64,000 nucleotides of DNA from Bacteroidota bacterium (GTDB lineage: Bacteria; Bacteroidota; Ignavibacteria; UBA10030): the NCBI GenBank assembly GCA_035286705.1, contig DATECW010000088.1, forward strand, positions 2,853-66,852. Reading direction: 5' to 3'. The notes beneath the pieces were generated by a model. It saw nothing but the letters and a program-made list of their open reading frames with translations, did not search any database and was not told the origin of the DNA. Within the stretch, counting starts at the first letter, position 1; each line of letters starts with the position of its first letter. Made by a program: the position numbers and the translations under genes. Of this stretch, positions 26,928 to 35,652 are shown one piece after another.

Positions 26928-28088
26928 ATGTTTGAGATCTTCGAGTCCGTCGGTGTCCCCGATCTGCTGGATATCCTCTTCATGACCATCGTTATCTATT
27001 CCGCTCTGGTGTGGTTCAAGCGCACGCGGGCCGGATTTGCAGTGCTCGGATTGTTCATCTTCGGGGCAGTCTATCTTCTGGCACGTCAGCTCGACCTCAC
27101 GCTCACGACAATCGTCTTCCAGGGATTTTTCGCGATCATCCTGATCGCGATTGTCATTCTTTTCCAGGAGGAGATCAAGCATTTCCTTGAACAACTCGCA
27201 AGCCGCAGTCTCATTCAGGGCCGCCGGTTGAAGGAGCGATTCGGCGTATCAAAGAATCGAGCACAGATCCTTGTCGATTCCCTCAACAACCTCGCCCGCC
27301 AAAGAATCGGAGCAATCATTGCCGTCCGGGGAAAGGACCCTATCTCACGCCATCTTAACGGAGGGATAGCGCTCAACGGGGAGGTGAGTGAGGAACTGAT
27401 TCGCAGTATCTTTAACCCGTCCGCGCCGGGTCATGACGGCGCTGTCGTTATTGAAGGGGACCGCGTGACGGTTTTTTCGTGCTATCTTCCTCTTTCCCGC
27501 GACTTTCAAAGATTCGAAAAGGCGGGATCACGTCACGCCGCGGCGCTGGGCCTCGCAGAACTCACAGATGCGCTTTGCCTCGTTGTTTCGGAAGAGCGAG
27601 GTACAATCTCTGTTGCGCGGGGCAGCCGCATCCGCGCGCTTCGGGATGCCGAAGAATTACGAGCGGCGATCGCGGCGTTCTACGAAGAGACCCTGCCGAC
27701 GAGCAAGGCGGGAAAGTGGAAGAGCTTCTTTAAGAAGAGCTACAGAGAACTCGCTATTGCATTTGGTGCCACAGTTATTCTCTGGTTCTTTTTCGTCCAT
27801 GCGACAAGGATCGACTACCGAACGTTCACTATACCGGTGGAACCCAACATCCCCCAGGCGTTGGAGATTCATAGTATGGATCCACCCGAGGTTCAGGTCA
27901 CATTCTCGGGGACCCGACGCGCATTCTGGTTCATCGGTACAGATCAGATCAAAATCAGCCTGAAATTCCAGGGAAGGGGAACCTTCCGAAAGACAATTAC
28001 CCGGTCGGATATTTCCTCACCGGAAGGCCTCGTGCTGGAGAATATTGAGCCAAACAGGATTGTGGTGCAGATTGGAGGGAAATCCTGA
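26928..28088 (+). CDS. cdaA: Diadenylate cyclase CdaA fused to a C-terminal TM + YbbR (CdaR-like) domain
   Basis: Three N-terminal TM helices. DAC domain motifs APGHDGAVVIEGDRV and GSRHAAALGLAE. Then a TM helix (LAIAFGATVILWFFFV) and about 100 aa with the YbbR pattern (VQVTFSGTRRAFW...ISLKFQGRG...PEGLVLENIEPNRIVVQIGG). Start moved to MFEIF (26928). Confidence 0.75.
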   Translation: MFEIFESVGVPDLLDILFMTIVIYSALVWFKRTRAGFAVLGLFIFGAVYLLARQLDLTLTTIVFQGFFAIILIAIVILFQEEIKHFLEQLASRSLIQGRRLKERFGVSKNRAQILVDSLNNLARQRIGAIIAVRGKDPISRHLNGGIALNGEVSEELIRSIFNPSAPGHDGAVVIEGDRVTVFSCYLPLSRDFQRFEKAGSRHAAALGLAELTDALCLVVSEERGTISVARGSRIRALRDAEELRAAIAAFYEETLPTSKAGKWKSFFKKSYRELAIAFGATVILWFFFVHATRIDYRTFTIPVEPNIPQALEIHSMDPPEVQVTFSGTRRAFWFIGTDQIKISLKFQGRGTFRKTITRSDISSPEGLVLENIEPNRIVVQIGGKS

Positions 28089-28166
28089 CCTTCCCGCGCG
28101 GCCCGCGTTCACAACACGTTGATTGCGCCGTTGTCTTCTGCAACGTCGAGATCCCTTTTCCGAAGA

Positions 28167-30524
28167 TCAGGGGGTTGGTTCATTCTGGCGGGCTTCCTGG
28201 ACGCGGCGGAGAATTGTGAGAAAGAATCCTACTACGAGGGTCACCGTCCCCATCCACACGAGGTTGATCATCGGCTTGATGCTGGCTTCGACCACAAGGG
28301 TCTCAGCCTTCCGCCCGGCTATGGGATCGTCGGGAAGCTTTACCGAGAGCTGAACCTTCGACTTCGAGGGGTCTTCCCTGTCTGGCAAAATTCGGGAAAG
28401 TGTGAAAACATAATCCCCCACTCCCTTCAGTGCATAGGGAACTGGAACGGGCTCCATCGTTCCCTTTTCACCTTTGATAGACACAGTCAGCTTCTTCCCC
28501 GTGCCGGCTTTCCCCTCTTTTACTAACAGACCGGCGCTGATGGTGAAATCGCGACCTTCAACCATCGCCATCCGATCGACGTTCGTGAAATCCACAAATT
28601 CAACCTGAAGATCCCCTATTTCGGCAGTCTGGCCCTTCTGAATTTCAACCGATTTCTCCTGTGCGGCGGCGGGCTCCTCCAGGGAAAGCGGGGCAAGATA
28701 GATGTCCTTGCTCAGAAGATTCATCAAGTCGGGATGACGCATGAGCCCTTTCGTGAACTCGCTGTAGTACATCACAGGAGACACAGAATGCCGGCGGCCG
28801 TCTCTTTCGAGATCAACACGGAATGCATATTTCTCCTGGTCAATCGGGGCGTAGCCGACATACGTCATGGTATATCCAAGAGCTTCGACCGGCTTGTTTC
28901 GCTCAAGCGAGATAGTTTCTTGCTCATCGTACCGTTCCGAGGTAATAAATCCCAGACAAAGAAGAGCAAGACCGATATGAGCGATCGAACCCCCGACGAA
29001 CTTTGGATTTCCCACATAGATGGCATACCCAACCTGCGTGTTGGCAACGAGAGAGAACACTGCACAGAAGGCAAAAAGGAGAATCAGGACTTCTTCCGTC
29101 GCAAATATGGCCATGAAGACGGTAGCAAGAGCTGCAACGACGAGAGACGGCAGCATGCCGCGCAGAACCGACCCGCCTTGTGAATGTCGCCACCAGAGGA
29201 GCTGACCCAATCCCGACAGAAAAGCAATAGCGATGCCAAGTGGAAGGTTCGTTTTCACATAGTACGACATCTCTACAGCGGAAGCTTTGCCTTTGAGAAT
29301 TGTTGTAATGATTGGCGAAGAGGTTCCAATGGTGACAAAAATCGCAACCGCAGCAAGTGCAAACGCTCCGAGGAACAGCGCAAACTCTCGTGAGAAAAAT
29401 GAATGCTGAACCGGAATCCTGGGCATTTCGCGTGAACGCACGTAGAGCAAGCCGAAACCGAGTCCGGCAAAGAAGATGATGCAACCCATCAACAACCAAT
29501 ATACCCACATCCCCGGATCGACAAACGAATGCACCGATGTTTCTCCCAGGACGCCGCTCCTCGTGAGGAACGTACTATACAGGACGGCAAGGAATGTGAG
29601 GATGCTGAGGGCGAAGTTCGTTTTTTGATAGGAACCGTTTTTTCGCTGCACAAGGGTCGTATGAATCGTTGCAACACACACAAGCCATGGTACAAGAGAC
29701 GAATTCTCGACCGGATCCCATCCCCAGAACCCGCCCCATCCCAGTGTTTCGTACGCCCAATAGCCGCCCAGAATAATACCAGTGCCGAGAATCATTGCGC
29801 CAAACACAAGCCATGGAGTCGCTACCTTGATCCAGGATGTGTAGTCCCTCTTCATGAGTCCCGCTATGGCATGTGCATACGGTACTGCCATCGACGAGAA
29901 TCCGATGAACAGAATTTGCGGATGAATCACCATCCAGTAATTCTGGAGGAGGGGATTCAGTCCCTTTCCTTCTACGGGAAACTGAGCCCAAATATTTCGC
30001 GCCGCATCGAGGACAACGATATTCCCCATCTCCGCTGGAAGAGGCCCTGTATGAATGAGGTCGCTGGGAAATTTATCCCAGATGAACTCAAACGGATTCT
30101 TGACGATCAGCATGAGCAAGAGAAACGAGAGAATGAGCGAGTAGACGCTCATAACTTCCGGCTCGTAGCTCTTCCTCATGGAGTACTGCATCAAGAAAAC
30201 GCCGATGAGGGCCGTATAGAGCGCCCAGAGTGTAAAACTTCCCTCCTGCCCGGCATAGAACGTCGATATCAGCAGAGGCAAAGAGAGATTCGTCGAACTG
30301 TAGTTCCAGACGTACGAGTACTGAAACTGGTGAGTCAAGATGAGGTAAAGCAGGATGGCAGAAGCCGAAAGAAGAGAAATTGTTGCCAGATGATAGCTGT
30401 TCCGCGCCAACCCGAGAAGGAATGGCTGGTTGGTCTTGTACACCCGGTAATACATGAAAGCGCCTGCCAGAGCGGCGAGCAAGGCAAGCTTGATGAGAAC
30501 GGCACCCACAATACCGATCGTCAT
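28167..30524 (-). CDS. ccmF: Cytochrome c-type biogenesis protein CcmF (System I heme lyase)
   Basis: 785 aa polytopic. WWD motif WGGFWGWDPVENSSLVPWL. Conserved His-containing loops. C-terminal periplasmic domain with a final TM helix. Confidence 0.8.
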   Translation of the reverse strand: MTIGIVGAVLIKLALLAALAGAFMYYRVYKTNQPFLLGLARNSYHLATISLLSASAILLYLILTHQFQYSYVWNYSSTNLSLPLLISTFYAGQEGSFTLWALYTALIGVFLMQYSMRKSYEPEVMSVYSLILSFLLLMLIVKNPFEFIWDKFPSDLIHTGPLPAEMGNIVVLDAARNIWAQFPVEGKGLNPLLQNYWMVIHPQILFIGFSSMAVPYAHAIAGLMKRDYTSWIKVATPWLVFGAMILGTGIILGGYWAYETLGWGGFWGWDPVENSSLVPWLVCVATIHTTLVQRKNGSYQKTNFALSILTFLAVLYSTFLTRSGVLGETSVHSFVDPGMWVYWLLMGCIIFFAGLGFGLLYVRSREMPRIPVQHSFFSREFALFLGAFALAAVAIFVTIGTSSPIITTILKGKASAVEMSYYVKTNLPLGIAIAFLSGLGQLLWWRHSQGGSVLRGMLPSLVVAALATVFMAIFATEEVLILLFAFCAVFSLVANTQVGYAIYVGNPKFVGGSIAHIGLALLCLGFITSERYDEQETISLERNKPVEALGYTMTYVGYAPIDQEKYAFRVDLERDGRRHSVSPVMYYSEFTKGLMRHPDLMNLLSKDIYLAPLSLEEPAAAQEKSVEIQKGQTAEIGDLQVEFVDFTNVDRMAMVEGRDFTISAGLLVKEGKAGTGKKLTVSIKGEKGTMEPVPVPYALKGVGDYVFTLSRILPDREDPSKSKVQLSVKLPDDPIAGRKAETLVVEASIKPMINLVWMGTVTLVVGFFLTILRRVQEARQNEPTP

Positions 30525-30539
30525 TCAGAATTGTCCTCC

Positions 30540-30929
30540 TTATAAAGTCTTTTTTACGGCTTCAGCGTCTCCTTCATATTTTGACGGGCACTTTGTCAGT
30601 ACCTCCTTCGCATGAAAATGATCCCCGCTGAACGTGCCCTTTGCCACAACACTCGTGGCAATCTCGAAATTGTTCGGCTTGGCACCTTCAAGAACGACTT
30701 TCATGACCATCTGGTTGTCGTCCTTCATGTAAAACATAAACTGCGCCTTGTCCGGGTCGAACTTGCTGTCCATATCCTTCATCCATTCCCCCTTCACCTG
30801 AACTTTCTTGCCGGTCTTCTCGGCCGTCGCAAAGTCGGCATACTCCACATTCGACTCAAAAAAATTCACAGCACCCAGTACAAGTCCGACGACAATCACA
30901 GCTGCAGCGACAATAACCTTCCCGTTCAT
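30540..30929 (-). CDS. ccmE: Cytochrome c maturation heme chaperone CcmE, CxxxY variant
   Basis: N-terminal TM anchor, OB-fold-sized body. C-terminus LTKCPSKYEG aligns with E. coli LAKHDENYTP, so the heme-binding His is replaced by Cys. Confidence 0.7.
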   Translation of the reverse strand: MNGKVIVAAAVIVVGLVLGAVNFFESNVEYADFATAEKTGKKVQVKGEWMKDMDSKFDPDKAQFMFYMKDDNQMVMKVVLEGAKPNNFEIATSVVAKGTFSGDHFHAKEVLTKCPSKYEGDAEAVKKTL

Positions 30930-30937
30930 GGCGTTCT

Positions 30938-31075
30938 CTATCCCTTCTTCATTGATTGTTCCAGTTCTTTCACTTTCCTGTCGAGCCGCAACAAATAGAA
31001 TACGATCCCTGCCCAGATGAGCAGAATGATGGTCATGACAATAAACAATTGATTGTTCGCAAAAAATTCGAGCAT
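30938..31075 (-). CDS. ccmD: Small single-TM protein, CcmD-like (not in ORF track, 45 aa)
   Basis: Reverse-strand reading gives MLEFFANNQLFIVMTIILLIWAGIVFYLLRLDRKVKELEQSMKKG*. It sits exactly between ccmC and ccmE, with start codon adjacent to the ccmC stop. Confidence 0.5.
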   Translation of the reverse strand: MLEFFANNQLFIVMTIILLIWAGIVFYLLRLDRKVKELEQSMKKG

Positions 31076-31786
31076 TTATCCCTCTTCGTTCTGAAGTATC
31101 CGGTGATAGTCCAATCGGGCAACCCTCAGGCGCAGATTAAAAAGCCAGATGTAGAGCAGATTGAATCCGACAAGTCCAAGATAAAAAAGGACCCGCATGT
31201 TTGCCGCCATCATTTTCCCCTCGAACAACGGGCCCGAGCCTTCATCCCCTTTTGCCCCTGGATGAAGCCCTCCCACCATGCGCGGCATGACGAAAATAAA
31301 GAACGGTACGGTCAATCCCGCAATGATCGCGTACACAGCCGACAGTGCGGCCCTTTTTTCTTCCGAATCAATCGCCGAGCGCAGCGCAAAATAGGCGCCG
31401 TAGATCAGAAGAAGAACAAAAATTGATGTCTGTCGCGGATCCCAATTCCAGAAGGACCCCCAATTGAATTTCGCCCACAGCGCTCCCGTTACGGTCGCCA
31501 GAATGCAGAACAGGAGTCCCAATCCCGCAGACGTCACTGATTTCAGATCGTCGTCGATGTTTCTTTTTCGCAAATAACGAATGCCATAAAATGTGGAAAC
31601 AAGGAAGGCCAGTACCGTTGTCCATGCTGTGGGGACATGGAAGAAAATATTGCGTGCCTTTTGTTCCAGTCCCGGGATTTCAGGGAATTCCAGCCAGCTG
31701 GTCGGGGAAGGAACGAGAGGAATCGCCAGTCCTGCGACCAGGACAAATGTGATGATAAGAATGGATCCCAGTTTAACGAATTTCAT
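31076..31786 (-). CDS. ccmC: Heme exporter protein CcmC
   Basis: Six TM helices. WWD domain FNWGSFWNWDPRQTS. 236 aa. Confidence 0.85.
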   Translation of the reverse strand: MKFVKLGSILIITFVLVAGLAIPLVPSPTSWLEFPEIPGLEQKARNIFFHVPTAWTTVLAFLVSTFYGIRYLRKRNIDDDLKSVTSAGLGLLFCILATVTGALWAKFNWGSFWNWDPRQTSIFVLLLIYGAYFALRSAIDSEEKRAALSAVYAIIAGLTVPFFIFVMPRMVGGLHPGAKGDEGSGPLFEGKMMAANMRVLFYLGLVGFNLLYIWLFNLRLRVARLDYHRILQNEEG

Positions 31787-31834
31787 CGAGATTTGAGAAG
31801 TGGATATTTACAGGTGCAGCCTACCGCATTCAAT

Positions 31835-31980
31835 TTCACACCTCTGTGGCACTCTGTGTAATGTTTCTTTCCCTTGGGTTATTTCACAGAGAGACACAGA
31901 GCAAGAAAAGAGAGTTCCACAGAGAAAAGCTTCCCTCTGTGTCCCTCTGTGACTTCTCTGTGACACACTGTGTAATATTC
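31835..31980. repeat. Intergenic palindromic repeat element (CACAGAG x3 / CTCTGTG x3 arms plus a CTCTGTG..CTGTGTAAT copy) inserted between ccmB and ccmC
   Basis: 31885-31925 is cacagagagacacagagcaagaaaagagagttccacagag. Its reverse-complement-like arm at 31935-31976 is ctctgtgtccctctgtgacttctctgtgacacactgtgtaat. A further cctctgtggcactctgtgtaatg sits at 31841-31863. The ctctgtgtcc core recurs at 45406. Confidence 0.6.
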
Positions 31981-31989
31981 TCTTTGAAA

Positions 31990-32661
31990 CTAATCCTTCC
32001 AAACATAGTCGAAGAGCAGGTACGAACCCGCGGTGATGACCATAACATAGGAGATTAACACCAGAAAATCTACAGCAGCTTCACCGAATCGCTCACCATC
32101 GAGTGCTTTCGCGGTCGCATTCATCACGCTCATCAGCAGAATGATCAAGATCGGAAACGAAAGAACCGGATATAAAGTTCCTCGTGTGTTCGCTTTTGCG
32201 ATGATCGCCGCGATGATGGTTGCAGCCGATGCCAATCCCAGGCTTCCAAGAACGACAGTCACGAGGAAAACATCGAGCGACTGGATCGAGAAGCCCGGAA
32301 AAGCCACTGTATACACAATGGTAACACCCAGGACAAGTGACAGGGTCAACAGGACGTTGAACAGCAGTTTCCCAAAATATACGGAGGATGGAATCGCCAC
32401 CAATTGAAGCGTAAGCGCGGTGCCACGTTCTTCTTCACTCACAAAGGCTCTCGAAAGTCCGGACATAGCCGAAAAGAAAACAACAACCCAGAACATTCCC
32501 GCGAGCACCGTACTCGAGGGCTGGTCTCCTCGCAAAGCAAAGAGGATGATTGAAACCGTGGTGAGAACAAACATGAGGAGGGCATTCAGAGCATACCGCG
32601 TCCGAAGCTCGGACTGGACGTCCTTTGTCACAATGGCATAAATGCTCTTCCACGTATTCAT
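31990..32661 (-). CDS. ccmB: Heme exporter permease CcmB
   Basis: 223 aa, six TM helices, positioned between ccmA and ccmC. Confidence 0.75.
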   Translation of the reverse strand: MNTWKSIYAIVTKDVQSELRTRYALNALLMFVLTTVSIILFALRGDQPSSTVLAGMFWVVVFFSAMSGLSRAFVSEEERGTALTLQLVAIPSSVYFGKLLFNVLLTLSLVLGVTIVYTVAFPGFSIQSLDVFLVTVVLGSLGLASAATIIAAIIAKANTRGTLYPVLSFPILIILLMSVMNATAKALDGERFGEAAVDFLVLISYVMVITAGSYLLFDYVWKD

Positions 32662-32679
32662 GATCTGTCGATCACTTTG

Positions 32680-33306
32680 TCATACTCCGACATGAATTCT
32701 TTTCTTGCACCAGGATGCCTCCCGCTCATCGTTCGTGGCTATGATTGTGAGAGTGTCCGTCTGCAGGCTTTGCACCGTATCATGCACGACCCTGCATCCA
32801 TCTTCATCCAGGTTCGCCGTCGGCTCATCGAGCATGACGATGGAGGGGGCATGCGCTAATGCCACAATGTACTTCAATCGCTGCTTCATTCCGGATGAGA
32901 ATGTCCGCACAACGTCATCGCGTCGTTCCCAGAGTCCATAGGTTCTGAAAATCTTCTCGATATCCGCGGGCGCGGGCGTCGAGTTGTTTCGTATCCTTAA
33001 CAAGATCAGGAGATTTTCGAGCGCGGTAAATTCATCATAAAGCTGGAGGTACGGGGACACAAGCCCTATCGTCGGCCGCAACCCGTCCAGATCGACGGCT
33101 GCTCCTGAGAGCTCGTATTCCACTTTTCCTTTTGTGGGACTCAGCAATCCCGCCAGGACCTTGATCAATGTGGATTTTCCGGATCCGTTCTTTCCCGTGA
33201 CGGCAAGCGATTCGCCGGAGCTGAGGGAAAAAGTGATGTCTTTCAACACCGTTCTCCTGTTGAAATTCTTCCCTATTCCTGCTGCACGAATTGTTACGAG
33301 GTTCAT
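32680..33306 (-). CDS. ccmA: Heme ABC exporter ATP-binding protein CcmA
   Basis: Walker A GKNGSGKST, signature FSSGMKQRL, Walker B IVMLDEPTANLD. About 208 aa. Start moved to MNLVTI. Confidence 0.8.
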   Translation of the reverse strand: MNLVTIRAAGIGKNFNRRTVLKDITFSLSSGESLAVTGKNGSGKSTLIKVLAGLLSPTKGKVEYELSGAAVDLDGLRPTIGLVSPYLQLYDEFTALENLLILLRIRNNSTPAPADIEKIFRTYGLWERRDDVVRTFSSGMKQRLKYIVALAHAPSIVMLDEPTANLDEDGCRVVHDTVQSLQTDTLTIIATNDEREASWCKKRIHVGV

Positions 33307-34991
33307 CGGATGACCGCCAGTTTCCATCGGTATTCCCGCTGTCCCGTTTTCAGATAGATGAAATGAACTCCTGATGACACTTTTCCGGCAAAGTCCCTTG
33401 TGGGAACCGTCACAGTCGCCTGCCCGAAAACACTTGCCACGGGATACGAACCGGAGAACACGAGATCGAATGTTGCAGTCAGAATGAATACGCTGGCGGG
33501 GCCGGACAAAGAGCCTTCAGCCGGCAGAGCAAGAGTTGTCGCATCCTGAATTCTCAACGGATTAGGGGAAGGAACCGGCCTGCCGTTCAGACCCGATTCG
33601 GAGGCCGTTCCTATATAAAGAGTCCGCCAATCTTCTGCAGGTTCCCCCTCAAATCCCATGACAAACCCATTCAAGAGTCTCTGGATTGCTCCGTTGGTCT
33701 CAGACCGAGAGAGAGTCAGTCGGATACCCGAACGCTGGCCGGGGTTTGTGTAAGCCATCTCATGATTGACATTCGAAACCTCGGCAAGAATTGTATCTCC
33801 CGGGACCGTAAAGGCATAGTATTGTACTGACAAGGGATACGCCTCACCCTGGATGAACATTGACGATCCGCTGAACGATGCAGTCACGTTCGGCTGAATC
33901 ATCGGGAACAGATGCCCTTCTTCGTAGTATCGCAACGTGTCTGCGCGCTGGCCTGTGAACATGTTCCACGCCGAAAATTCGGCAAATGCCGTTCTGAGGC
34001 TGCTACCGGCATTCTTAAGCACCACATCCATACTCTTCAAGGCGGGCTGCAAACGCATTTCCTCCCAAATCCGCCTGATGACGTCTTTTCCGAATCGCTT
34101 CTCCAGGTATTGGTTCCAGATCGATCGTTCATACCCTGAGTTTGCAAGCGTGTACGTAGCAAATGCATGGGATTGCCCCGACGGGTCTTTGAAGCTCTGA
34201 AGAAATCGCGGAAGATCAAAGTAGTAGTCATTGATATCATCGTAGACCACTTCCTCAATCCACACAGAAGTCAATTCATAGAAAAAAAAGTCGTTGTCCG
34301 GAACCGTGTTCCAGATACCGTATGATCCAATTTGAAGGGCATGGTGAAACTCATGAGCAGCAGTGACGCGCGCGCCGTCTAATCCTTTCGTCCTTTGAGC
34401 AAAAAAATCATTGTCGATTTCTATGAATGTGACGTAACGATCCCGAACTCCGCTCTCGAGCTGTGTTTCCCCATCCCAGGATGTGAATCCGAACAGGTCG
34501 GACGGCTGATCCCGGATGTACACGTCGTACTCAGCTCCGCCGCCGCTCCCTCCGTCCGAAGGCGGCGGGCTGAAACCCAGAAGTTCAATCTCCACATTCC
34601 AGCATTGATCGAAGATCGCTCCCACGGAATCGACATATTCCTCGTGCGAATTGAGAACAGGATTCAACGGAGTACCGGCGAGCATCCGCGGAAGGTTCAC
34701 GCCTGATGTATCGTAGTGAATTCGGAATCGCCCCGACGGACTGAGCCGGCTTGTGTGCAGGTTCGGCCTCAGGAGTATTTGTCCAATTGTCGTTCTGACA
34801 TTCTCCGGGAATTCCTGAATCCTCCGGCGGGCTTCAAAGATGAGCGTTGTCCCGCATTTCCCGCCGAAATCCTCCCTTTTCCCAATCTGGACTTCACGAA
34901 GGATTTCCCGAAGAACCTCCATCGGTTTCTGCTGCGCCTCCGCTGCAACGGCCATGATCAAAGAGAGTACGGCAAAGACCGCAACCCGCAT
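33303..34991 (-). CDS. Secreted putative zinc metallopeptidase with T9SS C-terminal sorting domain
   Basis: Signal peptide MRVAVFAVLSLIMAVAAEAQQ. HExxH motif in AAHEFHHALQIGSYG. C-terminal SGVHFIYLKTGQREYRWKLAVIR matches the Por_Secre_tail pattern. Start moved to the internal Met. Confidence 0.6.
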   Translation of the reverse strand: MRVAVFAVLSLIMAVAAEAQQKPMEVLREILREVQIGKREDFGGKCGTTLIFEARRRIQEFPENVRTTIGQILLRPNLHTSRLSPSGRFRIHYDTSGVNLPRMLAGTPLNPVLNSHEEYVDSVGAIFDQCWNVEIELLGFSPPPSDGGSGGGAEYDVYIRDQPSDLFGFTSWDGETQLESGVRDRYVTFIEIDNDFFAQRTKGLDGARVTAAHEFHHALQIGSYGIWNTVPDNDFFFYELTSVWIEEVVYDDINDYYFDLPRFLQSFKDPSGQSHAFATYTLANSGYERSIWNQYLEKRFGKDVIRRIWEEMRLQPALKSMDVVLKNAGSSLRTAFAEFSAWNMFTGQRADTLRYYEEGHLFPMIQPNVTASFSGSSMFIQGEAYPLSVQYYAFTVPGDTILAEVSNVNHEMAYTNPGQRSGIRLTLSRSETNGAIQRLLNGFVMGFEGEPAEDWRTLYIGTASESGLNGRPVPSPNPLRIQDATTLALPAEGSLSGPASVFILTATFDLVFSGSYPVASVFGQATVTVPTRDFAGKVSSGVHFIYLKTGQREYRWKLAVIR

Positions 34992-35172
34992 TCCGGATAC
35001 TCTGCGTATCCACGTTTTCTTACATGGGGCCGGGAATGCCTGCCGTTCATCGATGAGGGGGCGATCAGAAAGCAAAAGACCGTTTGATAGACATCGCGTG
35101 GGAAAATGGATACAACGGTGCAGGCAGGGGTGCTCCGGCATGGACGTCCATCCATCGGGAGAGGGGGGCAAT

Positions 35173-35652
35173 TCAGGCATTCTTCTTGCCGCGATGTTTC
35201 AACCGCGACGCTCTTCGTCGGGCTGCATCTGCATACCGGCGCTTTTCTTCCTTTGTTTCAGGCCGAATAGGCGGAACTGCCACAGGATTGCCCGAGTCAT
35301 CGATAGCCACGAATGTCAGATAAGCCGTGTTGGCATGCTTGCGTTCGCCAGTCAGCAGATTCTCCCCAATAACCTTCACCCCTACTTCGACCGACGTGTG
35401 AAAAGCTCTGTTCACCGATCCCTGCAGGATTACCACCTCTCCCTCCTTGATGGGGTGCAGGAAATTGAGCTCGTCAACTGATGCAGTCACGCATACCCTG
35501 TTCGTGTGGCGAAAGGCGGCAATCGCGGCACAAATATCCATCCAATGCATCAATTGGCCTCCCAGAAGATTCCCCAACCTGTTGGTGTGGTTGGGCAGCA
35601 CCATTTCGGTCATCTGCACTTGGGATTCACGTATTGTCTTCTTTTTTCTCAT
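35173..35652 (-). CDS. Acyl-CoA thioesterase (hotdog fold, YciA-like)
   Basis: MVLPNHTNRLGNLLGGQLMHWMD...ASVDELNFLHPIKEGEVV is the typical YciA/4HBT pattern. Confidence 0.75.
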   Translation of the reverse strand: MRKKKTIRESQVQMTEMVLPNHTNRLGNLLGGQLMHWMDICAAIAAFRHTNRVCVTASVDELNFLHPIKEGEVVILQGSVNRAFHTSVEVGVKVIGENLLTGERKHANTAYLTFVAIDDSGNPVAVPPIRPETKEEKRRYADAARRRASRLKHRGKKNA

